Assembly (NCBI GenBank): GCA_964385355.1
Contig: CAYLOO010000005.1
Span: 1,850 to 65,849, forward strand
From: an uncultured Anaerolineaceae bacterium
Lineage (GTDB): Bacteria > Chloroflexota > Anaerolineae > Anaerolineales > E44-bin32
Direction: 5' to 3'
DNA length: 64,000 nucleotides
The translations under genes were made by a program, and so were the position numbers. Shown here one piece after another: positions 8,848-17,716 of the stretch. Positions within the stretch are counted from its first letter, which is position 1; every line of letters begins with the position of its first letter. The notes under the pieces are model-generated. The model saw only the letters and a list, made by a program, of their open reading frames with translations. It was not told the DNA's origin and did not search any database.

Positions 8848-9930
8848 TTGGTGGCTCATAACATGAGCGAATTATTCTTGTCTTCGATGACGCAAGTCAT
8901 CCCTATTACAGTTATCCGCCGCGAGCGCGTTCTTCCGGTACCGGGGGCGGTTTTAGTGCGTGTAAACGAACGTCTTCAGGCTGCCGACATCGTCGCCGAA
9001 GCTGAAATTGACCCAAAACACTATTACCTGGATGTCGCCCGTGGATTGGGTGTCTCGGCGAAGGATGCAGGACGCCATATTACCTGCCAGAAGGGTGACC
9101 GGGTGGAGACGGGCGATGTGCTCGCGGGACCGACAGGAGTACCGCGCAGAACGGTGCGTGCTCCAGCAGCAGGCCGTATCGTGGGGATAAACAGAGGCCG
9201 AATTCTCCTGGAGTCCTTTGGTCAAGTGCTGCAAATAAAGGCTGGCTTCCCGGGAAAGGTTATCTCATCGGATGGGGTACAGGCTGTGACGATTGAAGCG
9301 ATTGGTACCTTGATCCAAGGCGTCTGGGGCAATGGGCTGCAGAACTACGGCGTCATGCGTTTAGTGGGTGATGGCCCATCCTCGCGACTGCAGACAGATC
9401 AATTGGATGTCAATCTGCGCGGGGCAGTCCTGGTCGCGGGGATATGCGATCATCCGGCGCCGTTTCATCAGGCGACTGAACTCTCTGTTCGGGGGGTGAT
9501 CCTGGGTGGGATGTCATCTGAATTGATCCCGGTTGCACGCAGGTTGCCTTATCCGGTTCTGCTCACCGAAGGATTCGGAGAGCATCCCATTAATGCCGCC
9601 GCGTTCAATCTTTTTGTAAGCAATGTGGGGCGCGAAGCCGCAGTTGATGCAGGCTCTGCATGGCCGCAACCTGGGCAACGTCCGGAGGCGATCATCCCGC
9701 AGCCAACCAGTCGTCAAGTGTCTCACCCTGATCGGGTGGTAACGTTGAAGCCGGGGGTGAGAGTGCGGGTTCTGAAGCCGCCTTATCATGGGGAAGTCGC
9801 CGTGGTTAAGGAAATACTTAAACGCGTAGAGACGTACCCTAGCGGAATTCGGGCTAAAAGTGTAACGATCGAAATTGATGGAGTTGGAACCAAAACAGTT
9901 CCACTCGCGAATATCGAGATACTGCAGTGA
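8848..9930 (+). CDS. Uncharacterised soluble protein with barrel-sandwich-hybrid-like motifs and a C-terminal KOW-like domain
   Basis: CQKGDRVETGDVLA...TVRAPAAGRIVGI; IQGVWGNG; LSVRGVILGG; LKPGVRVRVLKPPYHGEVAVV. Confidence 0.8.
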   Translation: MVAHNMSELFLSSMTQVIPITVIRRERVLPVPGAVLVRVNERLQAADIVAEAEIDPKHYYLDVARGLGVSAKDAGRHITCQKGDRVETGDVLAGPTGVPRRTVRAPAAGRIVGINRGRILLESFGQVLQIKAGFPGKVISSDGVQAVTIEAIGTLIQGVWGNGLQNYGVMRLVGDGPSSRLQTDQLDVNLRGAVLVAGICDHPAPFHQATELSVRGVILGGMSSELIPVARRLPYPVLLTEGFGEHPINAAAFNLFVSNVGREAAVDAGSAWPQPGQRPEAIIPQPTSRQVSHPDRVVTLKPGVRVRVLKPPYHGEVAVVKEILKRVETYPSGIRAKSVTIEIDGVGTKTVPLANIEILQ

Positions 9931-10000
9931 TTCGAGCAGGTGGTGGCCGAACCGCAGAAATGACTGCGAGCAGGCCCATAAAAGCTGAGGAGTAGAGACC

Positions 10001-10555
10001 ATGGCAGAAGAGTTTGATGTAGGAGGTCCATTGCCCGAGGAATCATCTAATCGGACATTTGTGATCGCAGCTGTCTCGCTGGGCGGCTTGCTGGTTCTAA
10101 GCATGATCTGCTTGTTGGTTTATGCTTTGGTACTGGCACCGCGGCAGCAAGAGGCTCGCGCCACAGACGTGGTGCTTGTCAACCAGCAGAACACCGAGGA
10201 AGCGTTGACGCAGACTGCTGTCGTCGTTGAACGGACGCCGTCCCGCACACCGATCGTGACTGAGATGCCGGACGCAACAGCGACGGTGACACCCACACTG
10301 GTGGTTGTCCTTCCAACGGACACACCGACCCCATTCTTGACTTTGCCTACCTTAGCGCCGGAAACAGCTACAGCTGCAGCTCAACTGACTCTGGCTGCAG
10401 GACAGGGAGGCGGTGGAGAAACGCCAACACCAACGGCTCTTCCTGCAACCGGATTCGCAGATGAAGTCGGAATTCCAGCATTGGCGCTAGCGGGTGGATT
10501 ACTTCTGGCTTTAATATTCATCGTGCGCAGTCTGCGGACTCGTGTCACTACTTAA
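10001..10555 (+). CDS. Thr/Pro-rich surface protein with N-terminal TM and C-terminal LPxTG sorting signal
   Basis: SD GAGGAG; LPATG followed by a hydrophobic stretch and the basic tail RSLRTR. Confidence 0.8.
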   Translation: MAEEFDVGGPLPEESSNRTFVIAAVSLGGLLVLSMICLLVYALVLAPRQQEARATDVVLVNQQNTEEALTQTAVVVERTPSRTPIVTEMPDATATVTPTLVVVLPTDTPTPFLTLPTLAPETATAAAQLTLAAGQGGGGETPTPTALPATGFADEVGIPALALAGGLLLALIFIVRSLRTRVTT

Positions 10556-10597
10556 TAGCTAGCTTTTAAGCACCTGCTCGACAACTGAATTGCTGGT

Positions 10598-10631
10598 GGC
10601 AGGGTCAGCCTGATGTTGACCCTGCCTTCTT
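10598..10631 (+). terminator. Probable intrinsic terminator
   Basis: GGCAGGGTCA / TGACCCTGCC 10-bp stem followed by TTCTT (weak U-tract). Confidence 0.55.
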
Positions 10632-10641
10632 ATCTGGAGAT

Positions 10642-11967
10642 TTGATGGCGAAGAAAGTCATTCCTTTTTCCTCCCTCACCGAAATTGCGCTAACGGAACT
10701 TGCTGCGGGCCACTGCGTCTCGATTACCGGTCTGAGCAACAGTGGAAAATCTAACTTGATGCGCTCGCTGGCGGATCAGAATGCAAAAAAGTTCTACCAG
10801 ACACAAGCCGGCCGATCCGGTTTTCTTATTTATATCGACTGCAACCGGGCAGTAGCGATTTCAGGCCAGGCATTTTACGAGGTTGTGCTGCGGTCAACGT
10901 TAGAGCGCCTTTCTGATGAGGTTCCAAATTCCTTATCAACAAATCTGCGGGGTTACCATCAGACAATTACAGAGGCAGATACAACTTTCACGGCTTCACT
11001 CTCATTCAATCTGGCGCTTTCGGAACTGGGCAAGGAGCTGGGTCAAAATTTATGCCTGCTTTTTGATGAGTTCGACGAGATATACACCGCTTTAGATAAT
11101 CGGGCGCTTCTGAACTTGCGAGCACTCCGTGACCGCTTCAGCGATCGTCTAGTTTATGCGACGGCCACACGGCGCCGTCTTCCGGAATTGCGTGGTGACG
11201 CGATTGAGGATGAATTTGCTGAACTCTTTTCCCGTTTTACATATAGCATGCCGTTACTTAGTGTTGCCGAATCTGGCGCACTATTAGCCGGTTTAAATCT
11301 CCCCGATCTGAAGAAAGAAGTGAAGGAAAAGGCATTTGAGCTGGCGGGCGGGCACCCGGGATTGCTTGTGGCGGTGGCACAGGCTTTCGCTCATCTCCCA
11401 AAGGACTGGGAAGGGGATCTCGCAGCTTATGTTAGGCTTGAGCCCCAACCGCGAGCTGAGTGCATGAAACTGTGGTATCAGCTCAATGGGGACGAACGAG
11501 CCAGTTTATCCTCACTTGTGCTCGAACCGAACGCTGGTTTGCCCCAGCAGCAGATGCGCCATTTGGACTCCTTGGGCATGCTCGCTGCCAATCAACCGTT
11601 CTCGTCGATCCTCGCTGATTTTATCGCCAGGAAGAGTCGAGGGCATGATGTTGATGTGCGGGGGGTATTTCTCGACACCGATTCCGGCGATGTATGGGTT
11701 GATGGCGTTCGAATCCCAGTTCTCACGGATTTGGAGTATCGATTATTGGATCTCCTATATGAGAGGCGGGATAAGCTGACAGATAAGTTCCAGATCGTGA
11801 CTGCGGTATGGGGGGAGGAATACCTCGGGAGCGTCGATGACGCTCGTGTTGAGAAACTGATCAGCCGTCTGCGTGGGAAGATCGAACCCAATCCCACAAG
11901 CCCTATTTATTTGATCACGCGACGGGGCCGCGGTTATAAGCTGCTTACAACCCCAAGGTCAGATTAA
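10642..11967 (+). CDS. STAND-like P-loop ATPase with C-terminal OmpR-type winged helix
   Basis: Walker A GLSNSGKS, Walker B LLFDEFD, LAGGHPGLL; wHTH LTDLEYRLLDLL...LISRLRGKIE...ITRRGRGYKL. Confidence 0.85.
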   Translation: MMAKKVIPFSSLTEIALTELAAGHCVSITGLSNSGKSNLMRSLADQNAKKFYQTQAGRSGFLIYIDCNRAVAISGQAFYEVVLRSTLERLSDEVPNSLSTNLRGYHQTITEADTTFTASLSFNLALSELGKELGQNLCLLFDEFDEIYTALDNRALLNLRALRDRFSDRLVYATATRRRLPELRGDAIEDEFAELFSRFTYSMPLLSVAESGALLAGLNLPDLKKEVKEKAFELAGGHPGLLVAVAQAFAHLPKDWEGDLAAYVRLEPQPRAECMKLWYQLNGDERASLSSLVLEPNAGLPQQQMRHLDSLGMLAANQPFSSILADFIARKSRGHDVDVRGVFLDTDSGDVWVDGVRIPVLTDLEYRLLDLLYERRDKLTDKFQIVTAVWGEEYLGSVDDARVEKLISRLRGKIEPNPTSPIYLITRRGRGYKLLTTPRSD

Positions 11968-12011
11968 CATTCCGATTGCAGTTGCCGCATAATTAGGGAT
12001 GGAGATCACCG

Positions 12012-14963
12012 ATGAAAGTCCGGCTGCTGGTTTACGACCCAGATCCGGAAGGCCGGCGCCTTTTCCGCAAGGCACTTCAAGAATCTTGCGAAGGGTGTGT
12101 GGCTGTGATAAGGGCGAGCGCCGACAGTTGTGTGCAAGCCCTACACGAACGCTCCTTCGATACATTAATCCTCGGTTTGCCCATTGATATTTCCACACTC
12201 TTACAAGTATTGCTTGTATACCAGGAAATCCCTGAGAGGCCTGAGCTATTCCTGTTCGCGGAGCAGCCTCCCGAAGGTGATAAGCTTTCTTTTCGGCATT
12301 TTAAAAAAACAATGTCGGGCATCGTCCGCTTTCTCGAAGACCTTCCAGACTATCTACGTCCAGGCTTGATCTCTAGTTTAACGGATGAACTTGAGCGGGT
12401 TATTTTTGACCAATACAAAGGAGATACCCGGCGAACGATTACGGAACATGCGATCGAGCTTCTAAGTGGAATCGGCTTGAACTCGATGTATATAAGCATC
12501 GATTCTGTGGATGGACATTGGGTTTTGCACGGTTCAAGCTACTCGAAAGACATCCATCAAGAAATTGATGCACTTGTAGAAAGAACAGGAAGGCTTGCGC
12601 CGGACCCCGCGCATGCCGTGCAGTCCTTGCGCGAGGTACTCCTTGGTCTGTCCTCCCACTATTCCGATCACCCCGGGGAGATCATCCACTCGATTTTTCC
12701 TCGGGCGACAGCATCAGAGATCGATGCTTTAGTCAATAGGCTTGGTATGGATGCGCTGTTTATGCTGCCGATCCTGGATAAAGAGCAGCCGCGGGGGATA
12801 CTGATGGTCGCTGCGACTCTTTCCCTCCAGGCCCAAAACGCGCTTCAGATCTTCGCAAACGGGTTGAGCACGCTCCTCATGCGAGTGGAATCGCTGGATC
12901 GCTTACGACGTGATGCCCATGTTATGAGGGTTCTACAGCAAGTCGTTTATGCACTCAGCTCGACGCTCGATTTTGAAACTATCCAGGCTCAAGTCCTTGA
13001 TCTATTAAAAACGGTCGTTCCCTTCGATTACGCATGTGTAATACTCAGGGAAGAAGGGGATATGATTGTGCGCCAGGTAAGAGGTTTTCTCCCCGTGGAT
13101 GGAGCGCTTCAGGTGGGTGAGTATGTTGTTCCTCCTGATCGCTCGGCTTTGGGGCAGGTGGTTTATGCCGCCCGCCCTATACTCCTGCGCGCGGTTGAAA
13201 ACCCGCTGCGAATCGGCTTTGAACATTTCCCTGTCGACATCAAATCTTGGTTAGGTGTGCCGATCCTGTGGAGGTCCGAAATTATCGGAGGGATGGCTTT
13301 AGGCAGCAGGGTGCAGGGATTCTTTCAGGAGCACCATCTAAGAATTGCGCTTGGTTTTGCCCGGCAACTGGGGGTGGCATTACAGAACGCTCGCCTTTTA
13401 CAAAGTTCCTCTGCTCGTGCCGAGAAGATGCGCTTAGTGTATGAGATCGGTCGCAGTGCGATTGCGATTCTCGATATTAAACAACTGGCTCACGAAGTGG
13501 CAGCGGGTACCCTGAGAGTTTTTAATTACTATGCCGTAGGGATTTTGTTGAACGAAGGGGGCAGATTGGTCCCGTGTGCATACTTGCGCGGCTCCGAAGG
13601 GGTTCCCGTAGATCAGGTTGAGCCGCTGGATATAAACGCGCCGGGATTTGCTCAAGATGTTGTTAAAAAAGATAAGCCGCTTTTGATTTCTGATGTCAGC
13701 AAAGAGCCACATTTTCAACACCACACCGAACTTCCCAATACAGACTGCGAAATGATCTTGCCTCTCTCAATTGCCGGGGAGGTTCTCGGCGTTATGATTG
13801 TTGATAAGGAAGGAGTTGGGCAACTTGGGGAGGATGATTTGGAGATGCTTCAAGTTCTGACCTCCCTGATTGCGATTTCGTTAATCAACGCCCGTCTCTT
13901 CGGCGAGATCCATGACCATGCAGCCGCATTAGAAGAGCGAGTTGCAGGCCGCACCGCCGAGCTGCAATCACAAAAGGAACAAACTGAAGCGATCCTGAGC
14001 TCCGTTGCGGACGCTGTGCTCGTCTTCGATCTTGATGGGCAATTGGTTTTGGCAAACCCACAGGCGCAACTCCTGATGGCGAGTGAATGGAGTGAGGGGG
14101 TGCTAACGCAGATCTCTCGACTGCATGGAGCAGAGAGTAGAGTTCAAGAATCATTCGATAGCGGTGATGCTTCATTTCAAGCTCTCGCCTCACCGGTCGA
14201 GCTGGAGGGCGGCTCAATTGGCACGGTGATTGTCCTGCGGGATATCACGCGTTTGCAGGAATTAGATAGGTTAAAAAGTAAATTTGTGGCAACAGTCTCG
14301 CATGAATTACGAACCCCTCTTGCGAATATCAAGGTATACCTTTCGCTGCTCCAGAGATCCAAAGAAGGCAGCCAAGAGAGGTATCTGGGTGTGCTCAATC
14401 AGGAGACGGATCGTCTCACGAGCATGATCGAGGAGTTGTTGGATCTCTCGCGGTTGGAGTCTCAGAAGAGAATCGAGATAGAGACCGTGGAGATCACAGC
14501 TGTCCTTGACCAAGTTGTCGAGCGGCACCGCCCGATTTGTGAGGAGAAAGGGTTACAACTATCTCTTGAAACTGAGGGCGTAGTGAGGGTTCTGGGGAAT
14601 CGCGATCAGTTGATTCGCCTTTTCACCAATTTGGTAGCGAATGCAGCAATCTACACCAATGCTGGTGGGGAGATCTCCCTGCGTATCAACGGTGAAGAGG
14701 AAAAAGATGGAATTGTTTACACGTGCATAGAAGTCCGCGATAATGGTGTCGGGATCTCTGAGGAAGACCTGCCATTTTTATTCGATCGTTTTTATCGTGG
14801 TACTATGGCACGGGAACACAAGATTCCCGGAAGTGGCCTGGGCCTTGCGATTGTGCGGGAGATCGCGAATCTGCATGGCGGTCTCGTTAGGGTTGAGAGT
14901 GAGGTTGGGCTTGGAAGCGTTTTCACTGTTTGGCTGCCTCTATTAAAAAAGGAACAAGGATAA
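12012..14963 (+). CDS. Multi-GAF/PAS sensor histidine kinase with N-terminal pseudo-receiver
   Basis: H-box VSHELRTPL, N-box LFTNLVANA, DNGVGI, GSGLGLAIV; GAF signatures LALQNARL and ISLINARL. Confidence 0.92.
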   Translation: MKVRLLVYDPDPEGRRLFRKALQESCEGCVAVIRASADSCVQALHERSFDTLILGLPIDISTLLQVLLVYQEIPERPELFLFAEQPPEGDKLSFRHFKKTMSGIVRFLEDLPDYLRPGLISSLTDELERVIFDQYKGDTRRTITEHAIELLSGIGLNSMYISIDSVDGHWVLHGSSYSKDIHQEIDALVERTGRLAPDPAHAVQSLREVLLGLSSHYSDHPGEIIHSIFPRATASEIDALVNRLGMDALFMLPILDKEQPRGILMVAATLSLQAQNALQIFANGLSTLLMRVESLDRLRRDAHVMRVLQQVVYALSSTLDFETIQAQVLDLLKTVVPFDYACVILREEGDMIVRQVRGFLPVDGALQVGEYVVPPDRSALGQVVYAARPILLRAVENPLRIGFEHFPVDIKSWLGVPILWRSEIIGGMALGSRVQGFFQEHHLRIALGFARQLGVALQNARLLQSSSARAEKMRLVYEIGRSAIAILDIKQLAHEVAAGTLRVFNYYAVGILLNEGGRLVPCAYLRGSEGVPVDQVEPLDINAPGFAQDVVKKDKPLLISDVSKEPHFQHHTELPNTDCEMILPLSIAGEVLGVMIVDKEGVGQLGEDDLEMLQVLTSLIAISLINARLFGEIHDHAAALEERVAGRTAELQSQKEQTEAILSSVADAVLVFDLDGQLVLANPQAQLLMASEWSEGVLTQISRLHGAESRVQESFDSGDASFQALASPVELEGGSIGTVIVLRDITRLQELDRLKSKFVATVSHELRTPLANIKVYLSLLQRSKEGSQERYLGVLNQETDRLTSMIEELLDLSRLESQKRIEIETVEITAVLDQVVERHRPICEEKGLQLSLETEGVVRVLGNRDQLIRLFTNLVANAAIYTNAGGEISLRINGEEEKDGIVYTCIEVRDNGVGISEEDLPFLFDRFYRGTMAREHKIPGSGLGLAIVREIANLHGGLVRVESEVGLGSVFTVWLPLLKKEQG

Positions 14964-14965
14964 CC

Positions 14966-16108
14966 ATGACCAAACCATTAATCTTGGTCGTCGAAGATGA
15001 TCTGGCACTGCTTGAAGGGATTCGAGAACTTCTAGAACTAACCGAGTACAAAGTGCTTACCGCCATGAACGGAAGGGAGGCGCTTGGGATTCTGGAAAAA
15101 CAACGCCCAGACCTGATCGTTTCAGACATCATGATGCCGGAGATGGACGGGTTTCAATTTCATGAAAAGGTGAGCGAACAGCCCGAGCTTAGCGCAATTC
15201 CATTTATCTTTCTCACCGCGCGGGGAGAAAAAGCAGACATTCGGCGCGGCAAAGAAATTGGCGCCGATGATTACATCACCAAACCGTTTGATGATGAGGA
15301 TTTATTGATCACGGTTAGGGCGAAACTTAGCCGGTGGGAGAGCCTCCGTCAACAACGAGATGAAGAAGTTGCCGACTTAAAGAGTAAGATTCTGCTTACA
15401 CTGAGCCATGAGTTTCGAACGCCTCTGACGTACATTATCAATTATTCCGATTTGCTCGAGCTCGAAGGTCAGAAAATCGAAGGAGAAGATTTCCAGGACT
15501 TTATGCAAGGCATCCGCCGAGGAGCCCTGCGGTTGAACAGCCTTGTTGATGATTTCCTCATCTTAGTGGAGGTCGAAACTGGCGAGGCGGAGGAAGCTTA
15601 TCGTTACCGGAGGCGTCGAATTGAAGAGACAGGTCTTTGGTTGCGTGTGATCGTAAAACCCTTCCAGTCAACAGCAGAAGAACGAGGTTTGACTCTGGTT
15701 ACGGATGTCCCGGAGGATCTCCCACCGCTTGTAGCAGATGAGGCATATCTCTCGGATGCGATTGGGCGTTTGCTCGATAATGCAATTAAGTTCTCAACAG
15801 ATGAAAGCGAATGGGTCCGGTTTTCAGCGGAAGCTGACGGAGACCGGTTGATCCTACGCTTTCAGGATCAAGGGCAAGGGATAAAGGAACAAGACCTGGG
15901 CGGCTTGTTCGATGTGTTCTACCAGATAGACCGTGCGAAACGTGAGCAACAGGGATCTGGATCTGGTCTGGCAATCTGTAAGGGAATCATCGGAGTTCAC
16001 GGTGGCGAAGTTGGTGTTGAAAGTGAATTCGGGAAAGGGAGCACTTTCTGGGTCTCGTTGCCTTTCGAGCCCCAGGATTCTCAAGGCGAAATTGCAGAGA
16101 ACGCGTAA
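14966..16108 (+). CDS. Hybrid receiver-histidine kinase (REC-HisKA-HATPase)
   Basis: VVEDD, IVSDIMMPEMDG, FLTAR, ITKPF; SHEFRTPL, LLDNAIKFS, DQGQGI, GSGSGLAI. Confidence 0.92.
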   Translation: MTKPLILVVEDDLALLEGIRELLELTEYKVLTAMNGREALGILEKQRPDLIVSDIMMPEMDGFQFHEKVSEQPELSAIPFIFLTARGEKADIRRGKEIGADDYITKPFDDEDLLITVRAKLSRWESLRQQRDEEVADLKSKILLTLSHEFRTPLTYIINYSDLLELEGQKIEGEDFQDFMQGIRRGALRLNSLVDDFLILVEVETGEAEEAYRYRRRRIEETGLWLRVIVKPFQSTAEERGLTLVTDVPEDLPPLVADEAYLSDAIGRLLDNAIKFSTDESEWVRFSAEADGDRLILRFQDQGQGIKEQDLGGLFDVFYQIDRAKREQQGSGSGLAICKGIIGVHGGEVGVESEFGKGSTFWVSLPFEPQDSQGEIAENA

Positions 16109-16164
16109 GGATTAGGACGACCTCTGGTGTCGTTGCCAGGGGTTTGAACCCCTAACTTTTTCTT

Positions 16165-17622
16165 TTAGGCCCGTTCAGCCACAGATTGACCAAACTCGAG
16201 AAGCCGACTGACTTGTTCGAGATCGCGAGCTTCAGCGTACACACGCAAGACCGGCTCGGTCCCGGACGGTCGGATCAGGAGCCATGAATCGTCGGCCAAG
16301 AGGTACTTCATGCCATCCATCGTGTTTATCGTGGAAATTTCAACACCGCCGATGGATGACGGCGCGTCTTCGGCGAGTTGCTTAACCATTTGGTCCTTCA
16401 CAATCGGCCGGGCTAGACGCAAATCAACTCGTTTATAGTGGACTGGTCCAACCTCGGCGAGTAAATCGGCGACCATCTCATCCAGTGGGACGCCGCTTTC
16501 CGCGACCAATTCCGTGAGCAAAAGTCCCATGAGGATACCGTCCCCCTCTGGAATGTGCCCTTTGAAGGAAATCCCACCTGACTCTTCGCCGCCAATGAGA
16601 ACATCATCTTGCAGCATCCACTCAGCTATGTAATTAAATCCGACCGGTGTCTCGATAACCTCAAGCCCATATTTCTCGGCCAACCGGTTTATCATTTGAG
16701 TGGTTGACACTGTTTTTACGACTTTCCCGCGAAAGCCACGTTTCTCGAAAAGGTATTTGAGTGCGAGAGCCATGATACGGTGTGGATCCACGAACTGACC
16801 GCGACCATCCATGGCGCCGATACGGTCGGCATCGCCGTCCGTAGCCAGACCGAGTTGGCCATGGCCGGCGGCGATCGCGCCGGCAAGCGCCCCGAGGTAG
16901 TGCCCAATAGGTTCAGGATGAATGCCGCCGAAACCGGGGTTCATCTCTCCGCGAACCTCGAACACCTCACAACCTGTGCCTTGCAGTATGCCGCGTATTT
17001 GCCCTCTGCCGGATCCGAACATCGAATCAACGACGATGTGCTGTGGATTATCTGCGATTTTGTCGAAGTCGATGAGTTGTCTCAGGTGATCATAATAGGC
17101 TGGGGTGGGGTTTATCCGTTCGATCAGACCTTCGGTCCGAGCTTGCTCGAAATCCATTAAATTCGGTCCCCGACCTCGAGACTCGTTGTCGCTAAGATAA
17201 ACCTCCACTCTCCGGCATTGCTCTCTGGCGGCTGAGTAGCCCTGTGCAGCCTTGAGCTTTACCCCATTGTAGCGAGGGGCGTTATGCGAGGCGGTGATCA
17301 TTATTCCCGCGATTGCCCCCAGGTGTTTTACGGTGTATGAGACCGACGGAGTGGGCACGTCAGCTGTCGTGAGATATACCTTGTATCCATTGGCTGCGAG
17401 CACCCGCGCCGCTTCAGCCGCGTAGCGGTCGGAGAGGAAACGAGTGTCGAAGCCGACCACCATGCGTTTCGAATCTGGTTTCGGTCCGCTCGTTACTCCA
17501 TTGAGCCATTCCTCCGAAGCAACGGCATCAGCGATTGCTTGAGTTATTCGGCGCAAGTTGTGAAAGGTAAATGTGTCGGAGATCACTCCCCGCCATCCGT
17601 CTGTTCCAAAGTGGATGGGCAT
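16165..17622 (-). CDS. Phosphoglucomutase/phosphomannomutase family protein
   Basis: FGTDGWRG, ITASHN, TDGDADR, GGEESGG, RPSGTEP. Confidence 0.95.
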   Translation of the reverse strand: MPIHFGTDGWRGVISDTFTFHNLRRITQAIADAVASEEWLNGVTSGPKPDSKRMVVGFDTRFLSDRYAAEAARVLAANGYKVYLTTADVPTPSVSYTVKHLGAIAGIMITASHNAPRYNGVKLKAAQGYSAAREQCRRVEVYLSDNESRGRGPNLMDFEQARTEGLIERINPTPAYYDHLRQLIDFDKIADNPQHIVVDSMFGSGRGQIRGILQGTGCEVFEVRGEMNPGFGGIHPEPIGHYLGALAGAIAAGHGQLGLATDGDADRIGAMDGRGQFVDPHRIMALALKYLFEKRGFRGKVVKTVSTTQMINRLAEKYGLEVIETPVGFNYIAEWMLQDDVLIGGEESGGISFKGHIPEGDGILMGLLLTELVAESGVPLDEMVADLLAEVGPVHYKRVDLRLARPIVKDQMVKQLAEDAPSSIGGVEISTINTMDGMKYLLADDSWLLIRPSGTEPVLRVYAEARDLEQVSRLLEFGQSVAERA

Positions 17623-17716
17623 GAATCCTCCTGGGGTAGATGTAAGTCGCGGCGGGATTGTATCAGGCGCTTATTGAGGGGTCAAATGAGGTGAATTTCG
17701 GAGATGAGGGGTTGGC

